From positions 1-64,000 of the forward strand of contig CAVRUC010000006.1 of assembly GCA_963724295.1 (NCBI GenBank): a stretch of 64,000 bases of DNA. The letters run 5' to 3'. The notes under the pieces are model-generated. The model saw only the letters and a list, made by a program, of their open reading frames with translations. It had not been told where the DNA came from and searched no databases. Positions 33,330-42,867 of this stretch are shown in pieces. The position numbers were made by a program, and so were the translations under genes. Numbering within the stretch: position 1 is the stretch's first letter; each line of letters opens with the position of its first letter. Origin of the DNA: an uncultured Chloroflexia bacterium. Lineage in GTDB: Bacteria > Chloroflexota > Chloroflexia > Thermomicrobiales > UBA6265.

Positions 33330-34733
33330 ATGGCAACGATGACCGTCGAGAGCGCCCCGATCCTTGATGAAACAGCCGTCCAGGGACTGGCCGCCGCCAT
33401 GCGCGGCAATCTCATTCAGCGCGGTGATCCCGGATACGACGAGGCACGAACGATCTACAACGCGATGATCGACAAGCACCCGGCTCTCATCGCCCAGTGC
33501 GCCAACGTCGCCGACGTCATTGCCGCGGTCAACTTCGCGCGTGATAACGACATCATCGTGGCCGTCCGCGGCGGTGGGCACAACGGTCCGGGACTTAGCC
33601 TCGTCGATGATGGCTTGGTGATCGATCTGTCAGCGATGAACGGGGTGCGGGTCGATCCGGTCAATCGCACTGCCCGCGTCGAAGGGGGCGCGCTTCTGGG
33701 CGACCTACACCATGCCACCAATGCCTTCGAGCTGGCAACACCTTCCGGCATCATCTCCACCACGGGGGTCGGGGGGATCACCCTCGGCGGAGGACTGGGT
33801 CATCTCACGCGGCAAATGGGGTTGGCCATCGACAACCTGCTCGAGGCCGACGTCGTGCTGGCCGACGGTAGCTTCGTCACGGCGAACGAGAAGGAAAATC
33901 CCGATCTCTTCTGGGCGCTGCGCGGCGGCGGCGGCAACTTCGGCGTCGTGACCTCGTTTCTCTTCAAACTGCACCCGATCCCCAACCTCACCGCTGGGCC
34001 GATGCTCTGGCCGCTGGACCGTTCAGCCGAGGTGCTGCGCTGGTACCGCGACTTCATCGTGCAGGCGCCAGACGAGCTCAACGGCTTCTTCGCCTTCCTC
34101 ACGGTTCCAGCCGTGGCCCCCTTCCCCGAGGAGCTATGGAACCAGAAGATGTGCGGCGTGGTCTGGGCTTATACCGGGGAGACGCCCGAGGAGGTACTTG
34201 CGCCGATTCGTGCCGAGTTCGGACCTCCCGCGCTCGACTGGGTTGGACCGATCTCCCACCCGGCGCTCAATAGCATGTTCGACGGGATCTATCCGGCGGG
34301 CGACCAATGGTATTGGAAGGCGGACTTCGTCACGGAGATCCCGGACGAGGCAGTCGACATCCATGTCCAGTACGCCGCGGAACTGCCGACTGGAAAGTCG
34401 ACGATGCATCTCTACCCGATCGACGGTGTTGCGAGCCGGGTGGCCAAAGACGCCACCGCCTGGAACTACCGGGACGCCAAGTGGGGCATGGTCATGGTCG
34501 GGGTCAGCCCCGACCCGGCCGACAACTCGCACATGATCGAGTGGACGCGATCGTATTGGAACGACCTGCACCCCTACTCCGCCGGTGGCGCCTACGTGAA
34601 CATGATGATGGAGGAGGGGCAAGACCGAGTGCGCGCCTCCTATGGCGACCACTACGACCGGCTGGCGCAGATCAAGGCCAAGTACGACCCGAACAATCTC
34701 TTCCGTGTCAATCAGAACATCACCCCGGCGTAG
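33330..34733 (+). CDS. FAD-binding oxidoreductase (berberine bridge enzyme-like)
   Basis: AVRGGGH, GVGGITLGGG, DLFWALRGGGGNFGVVT, KAKYDPNNLFRVNQNI; AGGAGG RBS. Confidence 0.95.
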   Translation: MATMTVESAPILDETAVQGLAAAMRGNLIQRGDPGYDEARTIYNAMIDKHPALIAQCANVADVIAAVNFARDNDIIVAVRGGGHNGPGLSLVDDGLVIDLSAMNGVRVDPVNRTARVEGGALLGDLHHATNAFELATPSGIISTTGVGGITLGGGLGHLTRQMGLAIDNLLEADVVLADGSFVTANEKENPDLFWALRGGGGNFGVVTSFLFKLHPIPNLTAGPMLWPLDRSAEVLRWYRDFIVQAPDELNGFFAFLTVPAVAPFPEELWNQKMCGVVWAYTGETPEEVLAPIRAEFGPPALDWVGPISHPALNSMFDGIYPAGDQWYWKADFVTEIPDEAVDIHVQYAAELPTGKSTMHLYPIDGVASRVAKDATAWNYRDAKWGMVMVGVSPDPADNSHMIEWTRSYWNDLHPYSAGGAYVNMMMEEGQDRVRASYGDHYDRLAQIKAKYDPNNLFRVNQNITPA

Positions 34734-34751
34734 GCACACGCACGCCGCGGC

Positions 34752-34784
34752 GAGACGGGCTGGAGTAGAACTCCAGCCCGTCTC
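34752..34784. terminator. strong hairpin between convergent genes
   Basis: GAGACGGGCTGGAG-TAGAA-CTCCAGCCCGTCTC, 14-bp stem. Confidence 0.6.
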
Positions 34785-34814
34785 CCTGTTGACTGGCCCG
34801 CAACCAAACCCGGC

Positions 34815-35876
34815 TCACCCGCGTCCTTCCCGACCCGACGCTCCATAGCCGACGTCGACCGCGCCGGGGAGATCGGTCTTGAAGACCCGGTAGAGGAACC
34901 AGAGCGACGGGATGAGGAAGAGCGCGCCGATACCGAAGATGACGAGGGCGGCACGCATCATCGCCGGCGAGGCGGCGGCGTTCTCGAAGGTCAGATCCGG
35001 TACCACCAGATAGGGATACTGCGCCAGCGCCCACCCCGCCAGGAGTAACGCGACCTCGGCGGCGGCGGCCATCCGGGCCAGCCGATAGCGGCGCGCGAAG
35101 ACCGCCCACCCGGAGAGGAGGGCGAGGCCGATGCCCAGCGGCACCGCGACCACAGCGGCGCGGCTGGTGAGACCGTGCCAGATCCAGGGAGCGCCGCCGC
35201 GGGCCAGGATCAGCGCCAGCGCCGCCAGCACGGCAAATACGGCACCCGCCCCGAGGGCGCGGCGCCGGAAATCCTCTTGCAACTCATCCGTGGTCTCCAA
35301 GGTCAGATAGACGGCGGCGAGATAGGCGCAGGTGGCGAGAGCGAGGAGTCCGATCGCCAGGGGAAAGGGCGCCAGCCAGGTGCGCCAGGGGTCGCTGACC
35401 GGCAGCCCGTTGACGAGCCGGATCTGCCCCGAGGCGACCGCCCCCGCGCACATGCCGAAGAAGATCGGGGTGACGGTGCTGGCGACGGCGAAGACCCGAT
35501 CCCAGACCCCGGCGCCGGTGGCGACGTTACGGGCCGGGGTGCGGAAGATGAAAGCCGCCCCGCGAAAGACGATCCCCAGCAGCGCCAGCGAGAGCGGGAT
35601 GTAGAGGGCGATGCTCAGCGCGGCGAAAACGGGCGGGAAGACGGTGAAGACGAGCACGATCACAAAGATCAGCCAGACGTGATTTGCCTCCCAGATGGGG
35701 CCGATGGCATGGGCAATCACCTTGCGCTGCTCATCCGCGCGCGGACCTCCGGCTAGCAGGTCCCAGATGCCGCCGCCGAAGTCGGCGCCGCCCAGCAGCG
35801 CGTAGAGCAGGACGCCGAGGAGCAGGATGGCGCCGTTGAGAAAGGCGAGCTGGTTCTGCGGGTCAGGCCACGGCAT
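34815..35876 (-). CDS. cydB: cytochrome bd ubiquinol oxidase subunit II
   Basis: GGADFGGG, IGPIWEANHVWLI, FRGAAF, GWALAQYPY. Confidence 0.92.
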   Translation of the reverse strand: MPWPDPQNQLAFLNGAILLLGVLLYALLGGADFGGGIWDLLAGGPRADEQRKVIAHAIGPIWEANHVWLIFVIVLVFTVFPPVFAALSIALYIPLSLALLGIVFRGAAFIFRTPARNVATGAGVWDRVFAVASTVTPIFFGMCAGAVASGQIRLVNGLPVSDPWRTWLAPFPLAIGLLALATCAYLAAVYLTLETTDELQEDFRRRALGAGAVFAVLAALALILARGGAPWIWHGLTSRAAVVAVPLGIGLALLSGWAVFARRYRLARMAAAAEVALLLAGWALAQYPYLVVPDLTFENAAASPAMMRAALVIFGIGALFLIPSLWFLYRVFKTDLPGAVDVGYGASGREGRG

Positions 35877-37250
35877 GGCGGGCGTCCTCGTCTGATCGTG
35901 ATGGCTCAGGTAGCGGTGGTCCGGGCGGTGGCGCCAGCTCCGGCAGCGGCTGCCGTCCGAGGCGAACGAGAAGCCAGACGAGCGTGGCGGCGAGGATGAC
36001 GTAGACGAGGGTGAAGCCGCCGAGGGCCACGAACTGACCGGGAACGGGGGTGACGGCCTCACTGGTGCGCATGATCTCGTAGATGATCCAGGGTTGGCGA
36101 CCGACTTCGGTGACGACCCACCCGGCCTCGATGGCGACGAACCCCAGCGGAGCGGCGAAGACGAGGGCCCGCAGCAGCCAGGGACCGGGGAACGCTCCGC
36201 AGCAGGACGATGCCGCCGATTGCGCCAGGCGGCGATCCAGTACCAGGCGACCAGACCGACCACGGCGAAGCCGATGCCGACCATGATCTGGAAGGCGACG
36301 TGGACGACGCGCGGGTCGGGCTGGTCCGCACGCGGCCACTCGTCCAGCCCGCGCACGACCGCGTTGGGATCGTGGTAGGCGAGGAGGCTGAGGAGACGCG
36401 GAATGCGGATGGCGTAGCGCGTCTGCCGCACCTCGACGTCCGGCCAGCCACCGATGCTCAATCCGGCGCCGGCCTCGGTTTGAAACTGCCCCTCCAGCGC
36501 GGCCAGCTTCGCCGGCTGGTTTTCGGCCACCCAGCGCGCGCTGATATCGCCGCTGATCGGTTGCAGCGGGGCGAAGACTGCGGCCAGGGCGATGGCGATC
36601 GTCAGCCCGGCGCGGTGATAGGCATCGTTGCGGCCGCGCAACATCCCCCAGGCGTAGATCCCGGCTACGGCGAGACCGGTGGCGATGTAGGCAGCCAGGA
36701 CCATATGCAGCGACTGCTGGAACCAGGCGCTATTGAACATGGCGGCGATTGGGTCGACGTCGACTACCTGGCCATCGACGATGCGGAACCCGGCGGGGCC
36801 GTTCATCCAGGCATTGGCGGAGATGACGAAGATGGCCGAGGCCGTACCGCTGATGGCGATTGGGAACGCCGTCAACCAGTGGGCGCGGGGCGAGAGGCGA
36901 TCCCAGCCGTAGAGATAGAGCCCGAGGAAGATGGCTTCGATGAAGAAGGCGAACCCCTCCGCCGAGAAGGGGAGACCGATGATGCCGCCGGCATAGCGCA
37001 TGAAGATCGGCCAGAGCAGTCCCAGCTCGAAGGAGAGGATCGTGCCGGAGACCGCACCGACGGCGAAGAGGATGGCGAATCCTTTGGACCAGCGGCGGAC
37101 GAGGGTGAGATAGACCTGGTTGCCGGTCCTCAGCCAAAGCCCCTCGGTGATGAGAAGGAGGACGGGCAGACCCATGCCGAGCACGGCGAAGACGATGTGG
37201 AAAGCGAGGGAAGTGCCCATCTGGGCGCGCGCGGCGAAAAGTTCGGTCAA
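35863..37250 (-). CDS. cydA: cytochrome bd ubiquinol oxidase subunit I, frameshift near 36195
   Basis: AFHIVF, FAVGAVSG, EGFAFFIE, QPAKLAALE; EAGWVVTEVGRQPW in a second frame. Confidence 0.93.
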
Positions 37251-37593
37251 TCGGCACTCCCGACCCGGAAGTCTGCAAATGCGCCGCCTGCGTCCGGGTC
37301 ACGTCGGGTGAAGGATACGAGCCTGACGCCGCGCGAGCCGCTAATTATGTCCCGATCTGAGACTGGTCCGCGGTCAGGCGCAAGCGATCTTGATCCACAT
37401 GCAAACCAACGTCGCCGGACCGATTTCGTGCTCAGTGGCGCGCCGTTCCAGTTCCTCGCGGTCCTGCTGCGCGTGCAGAGATCGGGCACCTTCCCTCGCC
37501 TATTCCTGGCATCTCCAGAACCGGGGACGGCGGTAAGATGCTGTGGACCGGCCGTCTGTCGGGCGGCCATCAGCCAGCAAAAGGAGGTCAGCC

Positions 37594-38151
37594 ATGCGTC
37601 GCGCTACGCTCGTCGTCTCGATCCTTGCTCTCGTGCTGCTAGGCCTTCTTGCCGCGAACCGCTCGCCGGCCACAAGCGCCCAGGACGCCACCCCGATGGC
37701 GGGACAGGAGTTCGTCGGCTCCTGGCGCCTGACCGTAGCCGAAGCTCAGGCACCGCCATTCCTCGCCCTCGGCACGTTCGGAGCCGACGGCACGGTGGTG
37801 GTCTCGCCCCCACCCGTGGTGCCTCCCTCGCCGCACGGGCCCGCCACGGTGGTCCACACCAGCGCGGGGCATGGGGCATGGGATGCGACCGGCGCGGACA
37901 CCGCGATCGTCACCTTCGTGCTCCTGGCAGCCGACGAGCAGGGCAATCTCTTCGCCACTCGGACCATTCGCGCCAGCCTAACGCTCGGCGCCGACGGCCA
38001 GAGCTTGAGCGGGGTGTTCGAGGCGACCGTCGCCGACCCGGCGGAAAACGTGATGGCGATCGATTCGGGGGTGATCCAGGCCACCCGCATCATCGCCGAG
38101 GCACCGGGAACGCAGGACGCAACGCCGGTAGCTGGCACTCCGGCGGCGTAG
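37594..38151 (+). CDS. secreted hypothetical beta-rich protein
   Basis: AAGGAGG RBS, signal peptide, FVGSW, GHGAW, QDATP motifs at both ends. Confidence 0.75.
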   Translation: MRRATLVVSILALVLLGLLAANRSPATSAQDATPMAGQEFVGSWRLTVAEAQAPPFLALGTFGADGTVVVSPPPVVPPSPHGPATVVHTSAGHGAWDATGADTAIVTFVLLAADEQGNLFATRTIRASLTLGADGQSLSGVFEATVADPAENVMAIDSGVIQATRIIAEAPGTQDATPVAGTPAA

Positions 38152-38181
38152 CGGCCGCTTTGGCCAGACTGGTGATGAACA

Positions 38182-38276
38182 AGGGTGATAGGGTGATTAC
38201 TCGCTGCGCTCGTGGTGATGGGGTGATAGGAGACGCCCTCCCGTTCTCCCTATCACCCCGTCACCCCGTGACCCCC
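38182..38276. repeat. inverted array of GGGTGAT(A/G) units
   Basis: gggtgata gggtgatt ... ggtgatggggtgatagg paired with cctatcaccccgtcaccccgtgacccc. Confidence 0.65.
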
Positions 38277-39828
38277 ACAGGTCGCGGGCGATCTTCTCGG
38301 CGCCGACGAAGGTGGGGAGATTCGTGTTGGCCAGGGTGACGAAGGGCATGATCGCGGCATCGGCGACGAGGGCGCCTTCCAGCCCGTGCACGTGCCCGGA
38401 GGCATCGACGACGGACGCAGGGTCGCTGGCTGGTCCCATGCGGCAGGTGCCGGCCGGGTGATAGTCGTGCGACGCGTGGCCGAGGATCCAGTCTCGGATC
38501 TCCGCTCGTGAGTTGATCGAGGGACCGGGTCTCAGCTCGTCGCCCAGCAGCGACGCCAGCGCCGGTTGGGCACCGAGATCGCGGCAGAGCGAGAGGGCAT
38601 CGGCGAGGGCGTCCAGATCGTATTCCTCGGGGTCGGAGAAATAGTTCGTGTCGATGACCGGCGGCGCTTTGGGATCGGTGGGAGCGGTCGGGTTGAGGCA
38701 AATCGTGCCGCGCGAGCGCGGCGCCATTACCGCGGCGGAGATGTGGAAGCGCCAGCCTTTGCCGCCGAACGGGCGGGAAGCGACGGGGTAGAGGTGGAGA
38801 TCGTACGGTCCCTGGCAGCGGCTCGAGCGAGCGAGACCGATGGTGCCCTCTTCCCGTGGTAGCCCGCCGGCGGCGATGAACGCCTCCAGCGAGGCGACGG
38901 TCTCCGGCAGACCCGAGTAGTGCACCCCGATGGCCGGGTGGTCCTGGAGATTGCGACCGATTCCCGGCAGGTCATGGTGGGGAGCAATCCCCAGCGCTCG
39001 CAGCGCGTCCGCGGCGCCGATCCCGGAACGGAGCAGGATCAGCGGCGAGCCGTACGCGCCCGCGGTGAGGATGACTCTGCCGGCGGCGATTTGGGATGAG
39101 CCCACGGGACCGACGACGTCCAATCCGGTGACTCGCGTCCCGTCCAGCGTCAGCTTGTCGGCGAGGGTATCAGGGACGATGCGCAGGTTCGGCAGATGGC
39201 GCAGCGGGTCGAGGTAGGCGAACGCGGCGTTCCAGCGGAACTTCGTAATGGGATCGATGTTGACGGGCCCGATGGCGAAGCCGAACTCGGGATCGAGACT
39301 GGAGAGATCGCGGATGAAGGGATATCCGGCATCCGCCGCGGCGTCGAGGACGGCTAGATGAAAGGGAGTCAGCTCCTCCCGCGGTGGGGTATGGACCCGC
39401 AACCGGTCGTTGATCTCCCGGAAGAGCGGCTCCACCTCGGTCGCGCTCCAGCCAGGGTTCGCGACGGCCCAGGCATCGTAATCAGACCGGTGCCCCCAGA
39501 CAGCGGCGCAGCCATTGTGCGAGGAGCACCCTCCCATCACCCGTGCTCGTTGCAACGCCATGTCCGGCGTCCCGTAGCGGCAGGCGGAGGTGTATTCCCA
39601 GGAGACCTCCTCGACCGGCATCAGCGTCGGATCGAGCAATCGCTCCGGCCAGGCTCCGCTCGAGGGCGGGCCGTAGTCCGGCCCCGCCTCGAGCAGCAGC
39701 ACTTCCTCGCCCGCCTCGGCCAGCCGCGCCGCAATGACGGCTCCCGCCGGTCCCGCCCCGACCACGACCGTACCCGCACGAGAGTCGGAAGTCGGAAGTC
39801 GGAAGTCGGAAGATTTTCTCTCTGTCAC
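38197..39828 (-). CDS. GMC family oxidoreductase (choline dehydrogenase-like)
   Basis: VVVGAGPAG, LLEAGPD, MGGCSSHNG, GRNLQDH, YHPAGTCRMG, NTNLPT. Confidence 0.92.
   Translation of the reverse strand: MTERKSSDFRLPTSDSRAGTVVVGAGPAGAVIAARLAEAGEEVLLLEAGPDYGPPSSGAWPERLLDPTLMPVEEVSWEYTSACRYGTPDMALQRARVMGGCSSHNGCAAVWGHRSDYDAWAVANPGWSATEVEPLFREINDRLRVHTPPREELTPFHLAVLDAAADAGYPFIRDLSSLDPEFGFAIGPVNIDPITKFRWNAAFAYLDPLRHLPNLRIVPDTLADKLTLDGTRVTGLDVVGPVGSSQIAAGRVILTAGAYGSPLILLRSGIGAADALRALGIAPHHDLPGIGRNLQDHPAIGVHYSGLPETVASLEAFIAAGGLPREEGTIGLARSSRCQGPYDLHLYPVASRPFGGKGWRFHISAAVMAPRSRGTICLNPTAPTDPKAPPVIDTNYFSDPEEYDLDALADALSLCRDLGAQPALASLLGDELRPGPSINSRAEIRDWILGHASHDYHPAGTCRMGPASDPASVVDASGHVHGLEGALVADAAIMPFVTLANTNLPTFVGAEKIARDLWGSRGDGVIGRTGGRLLSPHHHERSE
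39784..39811 (+). repeat. tandem heptamer GTCGGAA x4
   Basis: Read directly; lies at the 5' end of the GMC gene. Confidence 0.9.
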
Positions 39829-39941
39829 GCCATCACTCTCGTTCGACCCCGCCAGCGGCAACGATCCTCCGACCTCTGAATTGATGCTCGCGCCGGGATG
39901 ATACGGGCAAACGCGGGTGCCGCGGCTGTGAACCTGACGCG

Positions 39942-40694
39942 CTACGTTCGCGATGGTGCCTCGCCAAGGTAGGACGCCAGATGAGCAAGCTGCTCCTTCC
40001 AGAGCCCCTTCCAGCGGGCGACGTCCTCGGCGCTGGCGAGGCGATCTTGCTGGAGCTGAGCGGCCGCTTTGCGCGGTCCTTTGGCGACGAAGGTGACAGC
40101 GAGGCGTGTCTCGCCCGGCAGAACGTCGAAGCGCGCCGACTTGGGCGGTTGACTCGTTCGAGGGCGCAGCTCGACAGCCTCCAGCCAGCGCTCTCGCTCC
40201 TCGTGCTCGGCGAATGCCGCGAAGAGGCTCTCGACCGGGACAGCGAACGTCTTGCTGGCGTTCATCGAGAAGCCATCCGGCCGCTCGTGGAGGGCCCGCA
40301 TGCCGCGGGCGCGCTCGTAGCCAACGGTGACGCTCTGCGCCCACCAGCCCTCGATCTCATATGTCTCGGCAACGTAGCGAGCGATTTCAGTGTGGTTGTG
40401 CGTGGTTCCCTGCCAGGCATCGAGCAGGTCGAACCATTCGTCCCAGCTCTTGCCGGTGGCACGCAGGACAGCGGCATCGCTGACGCCCGGTTCGGCCGCT
40501 CGCGGCGGGAGCGCCGTTGCTGGTGTGGGCAGTGCGGCGTCATCAGGCAACGGCGCGGGGTCCGCGGCGCCGTCCGGGTTCGCTTGCTCCTGGCGGTGGA
40601 GATCGAGGAGATAGTGGCGTGCGGTGGAGTAGCGCTCGCCGGTCTTGGCCATGCGAGCGCGGACAGCCTGCTTCTGGGCTTTGTCTTTGGTCAT
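39942..40694 (-). CDS. hypothetical protein: basic N-terminal KxxVRARMAKTGERYxxAR module + DUF4287-like and SRPBCC-like domains
   Basis: MTKDKAQKQAVRARMAKTGERYSTARHYL; ATGKSWDEWFDLLD, GWWAQSVTVGYE, ASKTFAVP. Confidence 0.75.
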   Translation of the reverse strand: MTKDKAQKQAVRARMAKTGERYSTARHYLLDLHRQEQANPDGAADPAPLPDDAALPTPATALPPRAAEPGVSDAAVLRATGKSWDEWFDLLDAWQGTTHNHTEIARYVAETYEIEGWWAQSVTVGYERARGMRALHERPDGFSMNASKTFAVPVESLFAAFAEHEERERWLEAVELRPRTSQPPKSARFDVLPGETRLAVTFVAKGPRKAAAQLQQDRLASAEDVARWKGLWKEQLAHLASYLGEAPSRT

Positions 40695-40893
40695 CGTCGG
40701 TTGTTCCTCACCGGCCAGCCGCCGCGGGACTCACGCTCCCGGGACCGCTAGCCCCAGCGAAGAACGACCAGACACCGGACCTCACCTGAGGCGAGACCCG
40801 AACCCGAGGCGAAGCCCCTTTGCCCCTCCGGGCCGGCGGCGTGAGCGCCGGGTGAGAGGTTCGGCGCGGGTGAGCGCCGTGGTCTGCATTCTA
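40695..40893 (-). promoter_or_regulatory. TAGAAT -10 box plus ~185-nt structured 5' leader
   Basis: TAGAAT at 40893-40888. Three CUCAC and three complementary GUGAG motifs, the last overlapping the RBS; several hairpins. Confidence 0.55.
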
Positions 40894-41008
40894 CGAACCA
40901 CGAGTGCGAACGATCAAGACGGCGTTCCGAGATATGACTCCCCGATATGGCCGCCGGCCCGCTATCCTTCAGCAGTCGCGGTTGGCACAAAGGTGAGAGG
41001 AGAAGACT

Positions 41009-41854
41009 ATGCGGACGCGCTCCTCGATTCGGCTCAGCGGTGGGGTGGTTGCATTGCTCGTGGTCGTTGCTCTGGTCATCGGCGGGGCAACCATCGGCCA
41101 GGCGGCGCAATCAACGCCCGAGACGACGGCTCCGATTCGGATTGTTTGGCCGGCTCCAGACGCGGAAGTCATTGGGCGAGACGTCAGCGTGAGCTGGCAG
41201 GCGCCCGGCTTGCGGATAGTTCCCGCCGCCCAAGCAGAGAACGAAACGGACTATCACGCTCACTTCATTGTCGACGGCGCGCATGAAGCCGTTGAGGGGG
41301 GGCCGATTCCACAGCAATGCGGCGTGCTGCACACCGCGGCCAACCCGGCGGTGCTCACCAACCTTCCACCCGGCGAACACACCGTTCAGCTGGTCATCGC
41401 CAACCCGGGCCATGTCCCCGTCACCGGATTGGATCGACCATCGGTCAGCTTTACGGTCGTCGAGAATCCGGACGCAATTCGCATTACCTCCCCGGAGAAC
41501 TGTGAGCAGGTCACCGGGCCGGACGTAGAGATTGCATGGGAGGCGCCGGGCCTGACCATTGTCCCCGCCGCCGAAGCCAAGGCGGAAACCGATCTCCACG
41601 CTCACTTCATCGTCGATGGCGCCTACGAGGTGGTCGCTGGGGCTCCAATTCCGGTGCAGGACGGCGTCATTCACACGGCGGCCAATCCGGTGACGATCGA
41701 GGGGCTGGCGCCGGGTGAGCACACAGTACAGCTCGTTATTGGCGATCCGGGTCACGTCCCGATCGCGGGGCTCGCGCGTCCGCAGCTGACGATCATTGTC
41801 AGCGACCAGGGCGCGGCCACACCGGAGGGAGCTGCCGTAGCCACGCCTGCCTAG
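41009..41854 (+). CDS. secreted protein with two tandem His-containing DUF4399-like domains
   Basis: Signal peptide; duplicated IRI..P...W.APGL.IVPAA...HAHFIVDGA...HTAANP...LxPGEHTVQLVI..PGH. Confidence 0.75.
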   Translation: MRTRSSIRLSGGVVALLVVVALVIGGATIGQAAQSTPETTAPIRIVWPAPDAEVIGRDVSVSWQAPGLRIVPAAQAENETDYHAHFIVDGAHEAVEGGPIPQQCGVLHTAANPAVLTNLPPGEHTVQLVIANPGHVPVTGLDRPSVSFTVVENPDAIRITSPENCEQVTGPDVEIAWEAPGLTIVPAAEAKAETDLHAHFIVDGAYEVVAGAPIPVQDGVIHTAANPVTIEGLAPGEHTVQLVIGDPGHVPIAGLARPQLTIIVSDQGAATPEGAAVATPA

Positions 41855-41980
41855 TTGGTCGAGGCCGCGAAGAACGGAAGATCGTCGAGCCAGCGATCGC
41901 GCTGACGCTCGTTTCGCGCCTTGCATCGCAACGAGCGAACAACAGTGGAGATGAGTGGCTCTCGCTGGATCGGATGTTTT

Positions 41981-42634
41981 CTAAAGAAAGCGGCCGAGGG
42001 CCTCGACCACGCGCTCGACGGCGCGGACCGAGGCGATCGGATCTCCCGGGATATCCATGCCGTGGTCCGCGTTTGTGACGACCACGGCTTCGCCGGTCGT
42101 CGCCACCTGCAACGTCTCCAGCACGACGGGATCAAACTGCGGATCGGCCGTACCGATGACGAACAGCGAGGGACCTCCATATTGGGAGATTTGCTGGCCT
42201 AACCGTTCGTTGCTGAGCAGCGGCGTCAGCCAGACGGCTCCCACGGTGGGAGGCGAATCGGCCAGTGTCAGCAGGTGTCCCATAGCCAGGGTGCCCAACG
42301 ATTTCCCGATCAGGACGACGCGCTCGTAGGCTCGCTGGCCAAGCGCGGTGCGCCAGGCAGCGGTGGTATCCGCCAGCAGCCACCGGTCCCGTTCCGGCTT
42401 TGACAGGGTCTGGAACTCTGGGCGCTTGTGATAGGAGTACTCGACGCGCAAGACGTCCCAACCCCGTTCCAACGAGAGCTTCTCGGCGTAGTAGAAGATC
42501 GGCATGTCGAGGGTGTAGGCGAATCCGGGCAGGAGAACCGCTAACTGGTCGATGGCGCCTTCCGGACGCAGCAATCGGTTCGGCACCGGCTCATCGCGAT
42601 ATCCCTGGATCGTCAACGTCGTGGACGTCGCCAT
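41981..42634 (-). CDS. alpha/beta fold hydrolase
   Basis: LLPGFAY, IGKSLGT, WLTPLL, GTAD, ADHG. Confidence 0.85.
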   Translation of the reverse strand: MATSTTLTIQGYRDEPVPNRLLRPEGAIDQLAVLLPGFAYTLDMPIFYYAEKLSLERGWDVLRVEYSYHKRPEFQTLSKPERDRWLLADTTAAWRTALGQRAYERVVLIGKSLGTLAMGHLLTLADSPPTVGAVWLTPLLSNERLGQQISQYGGPSLFVIGTADPQFDPVVLETLQVATTGEAVVVTNADHGMDIPGDPIASVRAVERVVEALGRFL

Positions 42635-42650
42635 AGCTGCACTCCAGTTG

Positions 42651-42698
42651 CGAGACGGCGAGACGGCGAGACGGCGAGACGGCGAGACGGCGAGACGG
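42651..42698 (+). repeat. tandem octamer CGAGACGG x6
   Basis: Read directly, intergenic. Confidence 0.9.
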
Positions 42699-42867
42699 CA
42701 AGGAAGAGCGTAGTCGAACAATTGAGGAATCGGGAAGCACCGCGGTGATATCGGCTGGCCACGCTCACGATGCGCAAAAGCGGTTGTCGATTGACGACCC
42801 GAACGGCCCGAACAGCTTGTAGGTCCTCGATGAGGCTCGCCGCCGATGTTCGAGGAGCCGTCCGTGG

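Noticed and set aside
34815..37250. 811-aa CydA-CydB fusion in the ORF track
   Set aside because: Produced by a frameshift near 36195; the real CydA C-terminus (GRQPW) is in another frame ending at 35863.
36210..38339. 709-aa plus-strand ORF and other long shadow ORFs
   Set aside because: Antisense or off-frame shadows of real high-GC genes (here cydA).
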